A stretch of 59,405 nucleotides of DNA, counting the filler, from Jimgerdemannia flammicorona (Eukaryota): assembly GCA_003990765.1 (NCBI GenBank). It is 2 parts of 2 records of this genome, joined end to end, with 100 filler letters (N's around TTAATTAATTAA, not from the genome) between each part and the next. Parts side by side here need not be neighbours in the genome. Positions count along the whole stretch, not along the records: positions 1 to 29,662 come from RBNJ01000480.1; 1 more part is not named here. One strand, 5' to 3'. Below the pieces are notes generated by a model. The model was given only the letters and a program-made list of their open reading frames with translations. It ran no database searches and was not told the origin of the DNA. This document shows, one piece after another, positions 1 through 13,286 of the stretch (position 1 is its first letter; every line of letters starts with the position of its first letter). The position numbers were made by a program, and so were the translations under genes.

Positions 1-113
1 TTTTTTTCACGAGGATTGATGATTTGTTCGCGATTGTGCACCATACGTGTCGCTCACATCAAATCCTCTCCTCCTCCTCCTCCACAATGGTATTAACAAT
101 CACAAATTCCTAG

Positions 114-413
114 GAAGCGACCGTGGAATCCTATGATCCGTTCCAAAATACGGTAGTACTCCGTCTCCTCCGCGTCGGCACGCGCCTCGCCGACGTCAAA
201 CCCGAGCTGGACCCGGACACGGGCCTACCGCAGCGCCGTAAATTCGAATTGGACGACGAGACGTTGGGCGGCGAATTCGTGATTGAGGACGACAATCCCG
301 CTGCCGACGCGGACGTGGGTGATGTCTTCGTCGTCGACTGGGCCGGCCTCATGGACGTCAAGAGGGTTGCAACGTCGACGCAGCAGGTGGGCGAGGACGG
401 CGCCGAATTATGA
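114..413 (+). CDS. Terminal exon of a gene extending left of the window; resembles the coilin C-terminal Tudor-like domain
   Basis: Acceptor tcctag at 108-113, open frame to TGA at 411-413, CpG-rich. Pattern EATVESYDP...KFEL...VDWAGLMDVKRV recalls the coilin C-terminus (from memory, not searched). Confidence 0.45.
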   Translation, partial: EATVESYDPFQNTVVLRLLRVGTRLADVKPELDPDTGLPQRRKFELDDETLGGEFVIEDDNPAADADVGDVFVVDWAGLMDVKRVATSTQQVGEDGAEL

Positions 414-910
414 GCTGTCATCTGATGGCGGGCGTGGGTTACGAGTCAGAATTGTAATTCGGTTTTCATTGCGCGTGTGCGAGTCGTGTGTAAATATGTC
501 ATGGAACATTTCTAGCAGCTTCATTTGCTTTACATCCATTAGAATTTAATCTCTTTTGGGGGAGGGTAGTTAACGTATTACTGCTGATACGTTCTTTCTA
601 CCGATTACGTGCGCAAACCTCGGTAATGTGAATTCACATTTATGAATAGATGAATAGGATGTCCTTTTGTACGAGATTCTATTGGGCGACCTGATCAGGG
701 CGACCTGATCAGGGAAAGCATTCTAGCTTAATATTTAGTCAATTCTGGGGAATTTACATGACACCGCAGGTCGCAAAAAAAAAAAAAAGAGGAAGAGAAT
801 CATGCAGCTTAGAAGATAAAAATACAGAATCTAGGTTTTTAGTTGAAATGCTCGTTATTCTACAATTTTGGACCTTCATCCAAACAGCCTTTCAACACCG
901 GTCTCGCCCC

Positions 911-1194
911 TCAAAACGGCATCTTCAAGTGATGTTCCGGCGTGTCGAATAGCAGTTTCCTCGGCGCTGGGATCGTGCCATGTTCGGGAACGTGGATCAG
1001 CTTGAACAGACCGGTCCCGATAGACATTGGAATTCCCATGATGATCTTCTCCGACACGCCCTCAATCGAGTCCTGCTTAGAATACAGGGAGGCCTCGAAG
1101 AGATGGTCAGTCGTCTTCTCAAACGAGGCCAACATCAGCACCGAGTCCTTCATCTTGGCGATACCGAAACGAGTGATGCCGAGGACTTCACCCT

Positions 1195-1254
<60 letters not shown>

Positions 1255-3165
1255 TTGAGAGAGAAGATTGAAGGGAGCGTAGTGTGAGTTATACCGTGTT
1301 TAGAAATAGTAGGCATAACAATACGAGACAGTTTGGATGCTGACCTTGTAACTCATGATATCACCGAGCAACTTGACGTGCCTTGGATCGATCGTCATAC
1401 CGTGATGAGTCATAGTTTCGTCAATCTCCCTAATGATCGTTTTTCTAAATACATAAATCTCTGTGAGCCAAATATACCATCTCTTATTCTTTCACATCCC
1501 ATGGAGAGAGAGAAAGATACTTAATATAAACAGTGTGAAGTCCCTACCTCGCGGCCTCAATACCCAACACTTTTTGCACTTCCATAATGTGGTTTGATGT
1601 CGTGTTCTGTCCAACAACACCCTCCGTAGTCATCACTTCCAACAAACCGTACCCTTCAACCACTAGGTACTTTATGCCAGAACGTTTCTGGTCCTCGCTG
1701 ATGACGGCACGGTTGACTGAGGGAATGCCCTGTTATCACCAAATGTCATCAATCAATCATTCCTTTAACTCGTCGAATACATATATCAGTGAAAATGCAA
1801 TAATTGATGATAAAGAATAAGTGACAAACCTTGATGATGATCTTGGGCAATGCTCTCTTCAAACTCTTCAAGTTGTAATACAATGAGCTCGAATCCTTGG
1901 CTGTCACGTACACTTTGATCCTATCGGGCTTTTGGGCGTGCACATTCTGGTTCGGGAGAAAAATGTGTGCATTGCAATAAGTCAAATAACTCGCATAATT
2001 ATTTGAGCTTATCCAAACCAACCAGAAATATCGACACTCACCGCATCACCAATCTTTAGCTTTGGCGCAGTGGCGATGGCATGCGCTACCTCGTAGACAT
2101 TGATCTCCAACTACGGCAAGGAATAAAACGATGATGGAGAAACCACGTGAATACTTTTTAACCCGCTCTTGAGATAGCTCATATCGTACCTGCAGTTTGT
2201 TGATAGCTTCAACGTCGAGCTTTAGACCAATGTAGCACTGGTCCGGGGTATAAACCTCCTCAACGAACTCTGCAACCTGAAGGTAAGAAGAGAGCATCAA
2301 TTATGATCAGCCACGGACCACAATGCCGTCGAAGGTGCATACCAATGATCAGATCTCGAGTTGGTCAAATAAAACCACATACATCACCCAACAACGTCTT
2401 CTCTACTCTTCCCTTGACAATTCGGGCTGCCTTCACATCCTGATTCGACACCAGCTCGGCCTTAATGACCGGCGTACTGATATTCTTAGAAGCGTTGATA
2501 ATTTCCTTGATACGTGGCACACCTTGGGTAATGTTCATACTAGCGACACCCGCAAAATGGAAGGTCTTGAGCGTCATCTGGGTACCGGGTTCACCGATGG
2601 ACTGAGCCCCCAAGGCACCAACGGCTGTGCCTGGCTCAATTTTCGCCTTCATGTATTTTCCAAGACACCTCTCGAGATACTCCCTCAACTGCTTCTCCGT
2701 GATCATGAATTGGTTATTTACAGCGGCTTTTGTTGCATCTAAAATAGTAACAAAAGAGACAGCCCAGTAATAATGAGATTCGCTATCCGAACACATGATA
2801 CAAACGCGATAGTAAGCTAATACGAATTCAAATTGCATACCATCGGTATCCGCGTCAATATCTACGCCTTCATACTCATCGTTAGGTTCGGCGATCCCTT
2901 CCTGCATACAAAACTGTTGCCTTAAGGCAACGAGTCGGTAGATGACCTTATTCTGGATGAATTCCATTAGCTCTTTGATGAAATTTTCCGTACAGTTTTT
3001 AACCCAAACGGATTTTTTCAATTCGCCGGTTGTGATCTTGTCGATTTGCCAAGGTAGTAGGGGTAAGTCACCGCTAGCATCCACAATTGCCTTTTTTTGA
3101 TGTAGCAAAGTGAAGGTTTCATGGTTTAGTTTGCTTTTCCACAAATATTCAGTATGCCCTGAGAA

Positions 3166-3202
<37 letters not shown>

Positions 3203-6200
3203 TAACAGATATACTAATACATACCCTAGTGTGTTTCAAGTTCCTCTCAAACTCCACAGGTTTACCCTCTCCTTCGAGAATCATGGGATCCAGTCCATCG
3301 TCACCGTAACAAAACTGCACCACGCCGCCGATCGAGTTCCTTACCGAAGAGTCATAGTGTGTCGTTAAATCCTCCAAGGCCTACAAGGAAATTAATATGA
3401 GCCACTATAAAAATCGACGGTGCACGCCTTTCCGATACCATCCACCCCGCTTCGCGTATATTAATAAATGAAATCGCATACCTTCATCAAACGCCTCTGC
3501 ATGTAACCAGTTTCAGCTGTCTTAACGGCAGTATCGACCAGACCCTCACGGCCAGAGACAGCATGGAAAAAGAACTCAGTGGGTGTCAGACCAGTGTAGA
3601 AACTGTTACGCACAAAACCCTTCGCAGCAGGCTCTTTGGCTATTAAGACAGAAACAGACATTTAGGGGAACAATAAGCATCCAAAGTCAGATTTTAAGCC
3701 ACGTTAACGAACAGTTTTTTTTTTTTTGACAATGCAGGATATTGTCCGCATATACCTACAATACTTCAAGAAATGGGGCAGAGTCCGATCATGGAACCCA
3801 TTTGGAATACGTTTGGCACTAATAATCTGCTGACCGACACAGGCTACCATCTGAGATACGTTGATCTGAGAACCTGTGAGGCAAAGTTAGAAGCTACATA
3901 TCAATGAAGACGCGCACAGAATGATAGAGAGCGAAAAAGAAATGTACCAAAACCCACCTTTGGACCCGCACATGGCCATAATCAATGGAGCATTGTCCTT
4001 ATTCAATTCCGTCATACAAATTCTGCCGAGATCGTCACGGACTTCGCTAAGTACGCCGGATACTTTGGACTGGCACAGGAAAGATGTCCACAAGAGTCAA
4101 CGGCCGCAATATAGGGATGCTGCTAGCCACGATGTAATATTCAAGCTAACACCATTGAACCAGTCTTACCTCCAATGTCTCCTCCTCGTTATAACCCGCC
4201 ATCGTCTCTAACTGGCCTTTTTGGTACTTTTCGATGAAGTTATCACAAACACTGTAAGCCGCCTCTACTTTCTTCTCCTTGATCTGTCTCAGCGCCTTAC
4301 CAGGAGTGACATCATTGATGCCGATGGAAAACCCTTGATTAGCTGTGTGATTGAGAGGGCGAAAGGCATATTATTCATATATATTGAAATCTGATGGCAA
4401 CAACGGGTCAAAAACATTTAGGACCTATAGTTGTAATTAAAATAAACTCACCCAACCACCTGGCACATAACTTTGCCAACCTATTCATGCAGTTCGCCGA
4501 CTCAATCGCGCCGTAATCCCTCAACACGATATAGAACACCGAATTCTTGTTGCCATCACCGACCGTGGACTTATCCATCAGACCGCACATAATCTCGCTG
4601 TTACGGATGATGAGGTAGCCATCGGCGGGACACAGGTCGCTAGCGCGGCCCTCCTTGGGCTGGAAGGATTTGTTCTTGGTTTCCACGTTCACTAGGACGG
4701 GCGAGGCACGGTTCGGGCGGAAAAGGACGTTGAAGATCTGCTTGCCGGTCCAGAGGCGTTGCGGCTGGTGGGCAATAGATGGGAATGAGTGGAACACTAA
4801 CGCATTGATCGCAAAGTCTAGACAAATGCCTTATTGTACGAAAGAGAGGAAAATGACTACCTTCCAGATGGTGGGCGGGGGGATATCAATCTTCAACTCG
4901 GCATCGCCCATCATCGAACAAATCTGCGTGAACATAGCGCGGCTGTAGAACCTATCCTTGTTGGAGAGCAGGTATGACGCTGTGATGAAATCCTGCGTGG
5001 CCGCGATCAAAGGTTGACCGTTACGCGGAGTGACGAGGTTGTTTTTGACCTGCAGCGGAATGGATAGTGACGATCAGCATCACAGAAATAATCATGCGAA
5101 GAAGGGTCAATACCGACGAACTCGAAGAAGCATACCCCCATCAACTCCATCGCCTCAGTTCGCGCCTCCTCCGTCTGTGGCACATGCATATTCATCTCGT
5201 CTCCGTCGAAGTCGGCGTTATACGGTGCGCAGACACACTCGTTGAAGCGGAACGTTCTCCACGGTTTGACTTTGACCTATGCAGCGTCATTTAGACGATG
5301 TCATGTTAGACACATCTGCCACACCAAAAATGCACAGCCAGAGAAATGACGAGACATCACAAATTGATAACATACATAGTGAGCCATTATACTAAGCCTA
5401 TGCAGCGATGGCTGACGGTTAAATAGTACGACGTCACCATCGGCAAGGTGACGTTCGACGATATCACCAATCTTCAAATCGGCAGCGATGCTCTTACGGC
5501 TGCCAGGAAACTTCAAAACCCTACAAACAATCAAGCACCGCACAGTTAGCCAAAAAATAAAAAATAAAAAGAAAAGGAGGTCCAACACTTAATCATAAAG
5601 ACAAAACAAACCTCTTAAGCCCGTTCACCACAGCATAGTTGGCTCCTGGGTGGGTATCGCTTCCGTTGAGAACGGCCTTGCGCAACCGTTCGATATTACC
5701 AGCAAAGACGCGTTCGGGGTAGGTCAGGATCTTGGCAACGAGTTCGGGGACAGCGACCTGTCATATACACAGACATGTGAAGGAATAGCGGTCTTTGAAT
5801 GAGTTAAATTCGATTCGGTTTTCATGCATTCGACTTTGCACGTACACCAGAGGCCATAGAAGCTCGTTACGACGTAGATACTACACTCACCTGATCGATT
5901 CGCATGTTTGGATCCGGCGAGATGACGGTACGGCCTGAGAAGTCCACACGTTTGCCCGACAAGTTCCCGCGGAAACGGCCCTGCTTACCCTTGAGACGCT
6001 GGCAGAGACCACGGCCTGGTTTGGAAATCTATAGATGATATGAGGTCCAGATTTCGAGAGCGTAAAAAGATCAGTAATGTGAAGCAAATCGACAGGCAGA
6101 GAAAAGGAGGGAGAGAATGGAGGAGCACACATACGTTAGCCGTCTGCACACCGGGGAGTTCGGCATTGATATACATGGCCGCCGAGAGCTGGAGGAAGTC

Positions 6201-7819
6201 CCATTGTTCCTGCGAAATCCAAGAACGGTACTGTCAATGGGTTCTGCAAACGATTTGTATAATAGGATATTATGGACGAAAAGGCAATGGAAGACCGCAT
6301 GCGCACCATTAAATGTGTCATCGTGACACCCTTTTCCAACGCAGCGCGGATAATGGCGTTGGAATAAATAATTTCGGTCAACTTCGCGGTCAGATCGTCC
6401 TCGTTACTGGAAACGAGAATAAAATATGGTATCGTTCACGTTACTCCGTATCTCGGATTGAGATTGCTGTGAAGGAAGATCACGCTCACACAGAACGTCG
6501 GCCGTATAGCATAATTAATTTGCATATTCACCTTGCCCCCTCCTGCTGAACCGACGGACGGATACACGCCGGGGGCACGGGAAGGTATTGCCAGATGTAT
6601 AGTTCGGGCCGACCATGTTCTGGGTCTAATCCAAGAAGCTCGCAATCCTACCGACCCAATTCAAAGTTGCCAAATGAAACTTAGTCGCCACCCTTGACTA
6701 TATCCAAGAAACATTGATCGCATCCTCACCTCTGGCGAAATCTGCTGAAACAGCGTCAACACTTTCAATGGGTTCATATCCTCCTGCGCTTTATTCAAAT
6801 GGGCCTTGAGCTCTGGTATCGTTGCCACGGCCATATCGAACGTCCGCTTAAATTCCTCGTGCTCATCGTGCGTGCGTTTGGCGCGGAACTTCTCGTGCAC
6901 AATCTTGAGAGCGCTCACTTTCTTGACCGTGCCTATCCCAGAGACATGGATTTGTGAGGGGTTGTCGTTCAACAGGTGAGTCGAGGCCGACGGAGAGGCC
7001 AGAGGGGACGAGATAATATCGGGTTGCCGTACCATTTGTGTTGTTGCAGTACTGGCAGTAGACAATTTTCTTGCATTTTTCGTTGATCTCTTTAACGATT
7101 TTGGAGCGACGCATGTTCTCGAGGTTGGATTGACGTAGACGTTGGAGGTATGTTCGGCGGTCAGTCTCTTCGAGCATGACGCGACTGCAGGCCTGTTAGT
7201 TCGGTCATTGAAAATGTGTGTGAGCGATGTGCCTTTCTTTTACCTGATGCTACTACAATCCGCCTAGCCAAAATATCATCAGGCAAACGGAGCATGAGAG
7301 ACAAACCTTGCAAATATTCTGCAAAATAGTGATGATGGCGCGGAAGTATCCAATATGAAACACCGGCAGGACGAGCTTGATGTACCCAAAGTGCCCGGCG
7401 CAATCTTTGGTCTGCTGACCGCAAGTCTCACACAAGCCCTCTTTCGCCGATGAACCCTATGGAATAAACGTGTTTCAAAAGTGTGTTCAATGGGGATGGT
7501 CTGTAGGGTTTTGAGCGAGAAATTTTATGGCAAAATTTCGAACTCACCAGTCTTAGATCTAGCACGCCGTGTTTCACAGGCGTCCGGTCTGCAACGTTGT
7601 ATAGGTCACGCTGGGTGACCTCAATCTCGGCAAGCTTGACCATGTCCTGTGGTGACAAGACTCCAAACTGGATGTGTTTGCTGGAAAATACGGTAAAATT
7701 GGTCATTATGTCTAGCATTGTCGTTGGATAGCGTACATTGCCACAAAATACGGTGGCGATGGCCCACGGAGTAGGGCTTACATTTTCTTGGGAGCATTCT
7801 CGAGTACTTGCTCCTTCAT
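911..7819 (-). CDS. RPC1: DNA-directed RNA polymerase III largest subunit (RPC1/RPO31/C160), about 27 exons
   Basis: ATG at 7819 ([19 protein letters not shown] across GT-AG intron 7781-7681). Zn motif [37 protein letters not shown]; catalytic [11 protein letters not shown] (~5190-5222); [63 protein letters not shown]; Pol III-type C-terminus [18 protein letters not shown] with no heptad CTD; stop at 911-913. Exon count is approximate. Confidence 0.96.
1197..1253. repeat. G57 homopolymer (poly-C on the sense strand) at the 3' end of the last RPC1 intron
   Basis: Directly visible; abuts the tcag acceptor of the last exon. Confidence 0.9.
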
Positions 7820-8029
7820 TGTGGATGGCTTAGGAAGGCGGTTGGTGGCTGTTGGTCCAACAAAAGGGCGAAGGAAGACACGACGTTGTTTTCGTGACGT
7901 TTATATTGAATATGTGACTGCCTCTCGAAGTTATTCCCTCCAATAGTTTAGAATCATACAGCATTTGGAACACTCCATCTTCTTTCTCCGACTACAGCAC
8001 TGGTTAACCTTAATGACTCATTTTACCTA

Positions 8030-8590
8030 GATAAAAGCACTGTGGCAAAACTGGTTACCAGATACAGGAAATTTCGCTTCGAGAGATCTACCAAGGAGCA
8101 TACGATCGCAAAGAGACGTTGGATCTGCGTGTCAATCTCTCACAAGTTACCGTCTGCCAACTCACAAACCAATTCCCACTTCAAGATAATACTTTAGTAC
8201 ATAGGGGACTGGAAGTCGGATCATGTGTTTGTCAACGCCGCAAGAGCACGTTTTTCTCCGCCGCGAAGGAGCAAGCAAAACGGATCCCGATCTAATCGTG
8301 TGTATCCAATGCAGACCAGGAAAGAACAGAAGCTCTCGGTCTAAAACAACGTTGCCTTATTATCTCGAACCAGGAAAGGGAGAAAGTTAAACGGCTGTCG
8401 AAAGAATATCGCGTAATCCAAACTTCGGAGACCCACAATGTCTGGTGCACTCAAATACACTGCCTCCGACCGTTGCAACAGAAATTAAGAGAAAAAGGTC
8501 TTACCGTTCGATTCGAACCAAATATTTAGCGGAACATCAGGATGACTTTGCTATCAAAGAACTCGGAGTTAATCGAACAAATTGAAGAGT
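8030..8590 (+). pseudogene. Frameshifted gene fragment resembling C-terminal parts of expanded Mucoromycota/Glomeromycotina Crinkler-like proteins
   Basis: Acceptor cctag at ~8030. Fragmentary translation LREIYQGAYDRKETLDLRVNLSQVTVCQLTNQFP / DWKSDHVFVNAARARF / LIVCIQCR, with frameshifts and stops. Family call is from memory. Confidence 0.4.
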
Positions 8591-8902
8591 CTGGGCCATC
8601 GCAGAAACCTCGTTTAGTTTTAAGCTGGCTTATATAAAGTATTCTCAATAATGTCATTGTTTCTATGAGATAATTACCATTTTAGGTGACGCGCTTCTTT
8701 TATGCATCTCAGGCCCTCACACTTTATTGTGGAAGTGCTTATTGTCAAATGTAACAATCCTACTTTTGGCGAAGTTTATTAAAAAGTACCTTAAGGCCCA
8801 TCTGGATTGGTACCCTTTTGACCAAATGGTAAAGTGGCATCGATCACGTGGTTTCAACGTCAAAAGCGTCTGCGACACAAAATTTTAGATAAAACGCATT
8901 CA

Positions 8903-9920
8903 ATGCCTTTTTTCGAAGCTCGCAGTGTTTCCAAGGCAAGGTCCGACGGCTCCTGGCTGTTCAAGGACATCAATGTCTCTTTGAATAAAGGCGATATTGT
9001 CGCCCTGACCGGTCCTAGCGGTGTTGGGTATTGTATCAACCGCACGAGCAGCATCGGCAGAAATCCATCCACCTCGGCTCACCCTCTTTACCTCTTCCTC
9101 CTCCCCTTGTTCACACCAACGCTGAAACTTCCTCCTGTCATGAAGGAAGACAACTTTTCTCAAATGCATAGCTGAGTTGATTCTGTATGAGGGCGGCAAA
9201 TCCTATCTACAGGATAAATCCGCCGACGAGTATGGCATCCCCAGCTGGCGCTCCCGCGTCATGTACGTGCCCCAACGCCCGCCGGTGATGGAAGGGACAC
9301 CACTCGAGTTCTTTGAAACCGTCAAGAATTTTGCGAGCCAGTCTAAGAGGCGTGAGTTTGGAAGTCCGGTAAGCGGTATCTCGGGATGTATTTTTTTATC
9401 GAGTGTCTGATTTATACCTGTGAAATACCAATTGTGTATGCTCACACCATTTATGTCTTTTTCGAGGTTGAGATCGGCATAGGATGGGAGCTTTCGCCCG
9501 ATTTATGGGAGCAGACTTGGAACACGCTCTCCGGGGGCGAAATGCAACGCATCGCCATCGCTATCGCTGTTGCTCTGAATCCCGACGTATTGCTTCTCGA
9601 TGGTAAGCTCCTTGAGTTCATAACTTGGGATAAACCTGGTAGTCATTACTAGCTTTTGAAACCTCTCGCTTCATCGCCATTGCCCGAACCCAACGCTGCT
9701 TATACTCACCAACGCAGAGCCGACTTCAGCCCTGGACCCCGATACCTCCATCCTGGTCGAACGCACCCTTCAGAAGCACACGTGCCTCTGGATCACGCAT
9801 AACCCGGAGCAAGAGAAACGCGTCGCCTCGCAGCACCTCATACTGGGTCCGCACGGCGAGCACCATCTGAACGGGAATGGGAACCATCGCTCAGGTGGTG
9901 CTGGATCTGTAAGAGGGTGA
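8903..9920 (+). CDS. Stand-alone ABC ATPase subunit (single NBD, no TM domain), FetA/YbbL- or STAR1-like; 4 exons (~8903-9026, 9146-9368, 9467-9602, 9718-9920)
   Basis: Walker A GPSGVG|KTT spliced across intron 1; Q-loop YVPQ; signature LSGGEMQR; Walker B/D-loop LLLD|EPTSALD; H-loop WITH; TGA at 9918-9920. Confidence 0.88.
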
Positions 9921-10435
9921 AACCTAAGTTAGGCAGGGAGTGTGTGGTGGCGTCTTTCGACGGGATAGGTAGTGATCGTGCACAGGATATTAGTAGGTCG
10001 ATACCAGTTAGATTTCGCATTGGGGTTGTGAACCTTGGCTCAAGTGATTTATTATTACCTTTTGGACAAGAACCTTTGTACAATAATCTAAAGATGAGAT
10101 AAAGCGTAATCATCAGACAGTTAGATTAACACAGGACAGTCGTAAAGGCCGTTTTCTGGAACTTTATCGACATATGTGCAAGCTATTCCGGGAGGAGGAA
10201 GGGCGAATATTCCTGTCTTCGTTAAGTTCATCATCGCATATTCGGACTTCGTTCACCTGGTGCTTCCCACAAACTCGTGTTTCGATAGAACGCTTCGGTG
10301 GCAGGAGGTTATTATGAAGATTGATCAAGATATCATGACCTCTTAGGCTGAGTAAAACTATGTAAAGGCGGTGCGATTCCTGCAGAAACTTCAACGAACC
10401 AATCATTCTGGTTCTATCCATATTGCAGTCCATAT

Positions 10436-10900
10436 TGTCACACTAAATTTGAAGAACCACAACAACCCAAAACAAATACAAACAGATCTACAAACAAACA
10501 TACCCTCAGTTATCTATAACTGTATCTGCTCTGACATCTAGTAAGTAATTGTCAACTCTGCTGCCAAACCTGAACTCTTGGAAAATATCTATAGTCTGAT
10601 ACTCTGCCACTTTGTAGAAACCAGATAAACTGTCTTGAATATAATTAATAAAGCCTACCAAATTGGACAAATCTTAAGTTACTTTCAAATCAGATGTCTC
10701 CTAGAAGAACTAAATAATTATCATCAAAATTCAGATATAACTGATCTATCTTACTACTAAATAACTATTACCTATAAATATCAAGAACTATTTACTGATA
10801 TTAGTAAATATTTTCCATCTTTATATCACTACTAGTGAGATGATTAGTACTCTTACTTATGGAAAAATCAATAATATAAACTAAGATATCTAATCAATAT
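10436..10900 (+). mobile_element. Degenerate LTR fragment of a third family, encoding a diverged homologue of the family-1 LTR ORF
   Basis: Starts TGTCAC where CpG content collapses. Translation IYNCICSDI**VIVNSAAKPELLENIYSLILCHFVETR*TVLNIINKAYQIGQILSYFQIRCLLEELNNYHQNSDITDLS...QELF...FPSL/ITTSEMISTLTYGKI is collinear with the family-1 LTR ORF. Confidence 0.8.
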
Positions 10901-10972
10901 ATAGTATATATGTATATAATAATAATATAATATTTAGTCAAGTCAAGAGCTTTAAATATAATAATGATATAA

Positions 10973-12330
10973 TTAGTACTTCTAAATAAATTAAATTAAT
11001 TCAAATTAAATTGAATGGAGATTGATTTAAATTAAATTAAATTAAATTAGGAATTTTTATATTTGAATTAAATTTGAATTAAATCAAATTCAATCTAAAT
11101 TGAGATCTGATTTGATTTAATTCAAATTAGTTAAATTGAATTAAATATCAATTTAATTTAAGATTTTAGTAGCTTATATTAGGATATAATTAGTTTTTTA
11201 TTTAAAAAATATATTACTTGAAATTTACATATTACTAATATATATAGAAATATATATATATATTCAAATATTTACTATATATATGAACTTATTTTATTAA
11301 TAATAGATATAAACTCTTTAATGTAAGTATGAACTACTATTTTATTTCTTTTTTTATTTACAAATACTTCTGTGAACATTTTTCTCTACAGATATTTTGC
11401 TTTTACAAATAGTTCTTTCTATTATATATCTTGCTCTATATTTTACTCATCTCTCTCTTAGATCAGACCATTCTTATTCAATAAAAGAGAAATATCAGAA
11501 ATATTAATCATCTTGTCATTTTCATCTAAGTTAATATTTTTGTATAGATTGTGAACTATTTTTTCAATCTTAAGTAGATTAATATAATCACAAATCTTAT
11601 TGATCATTCTGAACCATTTCATATATATTTTCTTGTCTTTTCTTTTGTTGAAAGTTCTTAGTAATATATTAGACCAGGTAATATAATCTAGCTATAATTA
11701 TATAAATAGATAAGTATATACCAAATAAGTATATACTAGTAAATATAAATCTATAAACTTGAAAATATACTTACAAATATACAAATAATAATAACTATAT
11801 AATGGTTAATATGTTTATCTTTTTGAAACACATTTATAAACTGAGATTTCTATTTGAAAAATATGAAATAGAGTAATTACTTTATATAGTTACTATATAG
11901 AATGACTTTCTAAGCTCATTCTTATCATCTTTTAGATAAATGAAATTATTCCAGACTCATAAATATTATATCACTTATTGGTAAGTATAAGTAAGATTTT
12001 TTGAAGCTATATATAGATCTTGGCTAGTTTATATTGAAGATTTGATTAAACATTTTATCAAAGACTTCATGAATATGAGAATAGTAGATTGTAATTTGAT
12101 AGTATAGCTATTTTTTTTAATAAAAATGAAAATAGTTGAGTTCATGAATAGCCAAATAAATATATGAACAGAATGTGAATGAAACACTCACTATAACATA
12201 AATTAAACCATCAATCTTTGGCCTTTAAGCCTACATCTTTCAAAATTTTAACAATAATGTCTGTTTTCAGATTACTATCATACTTTGAAAAAAGATCTTT
12301 AAGAAAAAGGTATTGAAGAAGCATCCTTAT
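10973..12330 (-). mobile_element. Extremely AT-rich decayed repeat, possibly a hAT-like DNA transposon relic with subterminal pentamer repeats (10980-11165)
   Basis: Almost no CpG. Arrays of AATT(A/G)A-like units in both orientations; only weak transposase-like peptide remnants. Confidence 0.3.
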
Positions 12331-12458
12331 GCACTGGACTCTGAGTATTACGAACATCATGCGTGAATGCTGTGCTCAAATTCATTAAAACTTACAAGAA
12401 AAATTCACGTGCACAGCTGGCTTATAAACAATAATGACCACAGCACTGTCTTCAGTAT

Positions 12459-13248
12459 CTACGGCCTACTATTCTTAGCCGGCGTTGTTGGAAGTTCACC
12501 AAAAGACCACCTTTGCTCATCAATTTGTACCAGATCCTTCCTCTTGCGTTTGCTATGTGCACGCGAATGAGAAAGTGAGACATTGTTGGCGTGGTCGCAA
12601 ATTGTCTTCAGCGTGACCTGAAAATGAAGTGACATGACAGTTAGAGGCTACATATCATCAAAGCAACGATGATGACATTATATGCATATGGTACCTTGAC
12701 ATCTGACATGAGCGCATAGAAACTTTCAAGGAACGCGAGCGTTTTCAGAGTGTTAGGCATTTTTGTACGGGAAAGTCTTCCCAGACGCAGCACGTTCGTC
12801 GCTCTACAATCCATGCCATATGTTTCGTGAGTCCACCCTTAGTAGAGGAATAAAATGATGCATCCATAAGTCTCTACAGCTTCTGAAATTTCATAACTGT
12901 ACATTTTACTTACTGTACACTTTACTTACCCCAGGACTGCATGCCTAGAACGGATGTGTTACGGAGATCCTCTTCAGATGCATTGCAGTTGGATGTAAAA
13001 AAGGTGTATAGCACATCACGCATTGCCACAGCTAGATCAACTCGATCTTCGAAAATCTTCTTATGATGGGCCATCGGGAGGCCACCGCTTCGGAGACCGA
13101 TGATAGCTTCGAGTTTATCAATGCTGTTCTTCAGAGTGCCCCGAAAATCGCACTTTTGACCAATCCGAGCACGCAGACCACTGAACGACCTTCATTGCGA
13201 CGGTAGGCTGAAGCCCAGCAAACAATTTCTCCATTACAAAGTTGCAGG

Positions 13249-13286
<38 letters not shown>

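Noticed and set aside
685..713. 14-bp tandem duplication GGGCGACCTGATCA
   Set aside because: Two copies only, intergenic; no evidence of function.
942..7177. Numerous plus-strand and alternative-frame ORFs over RPC1, including a poly-Gly ORF at 980-1258
   Set aside because: Shadow ORFs of RPC1 exons or homopolymer translation.
10164..10433. 89-aa minus-strand ORF next to the LTR relic
   Set aside because: No recognisable motif or supported exon structure.
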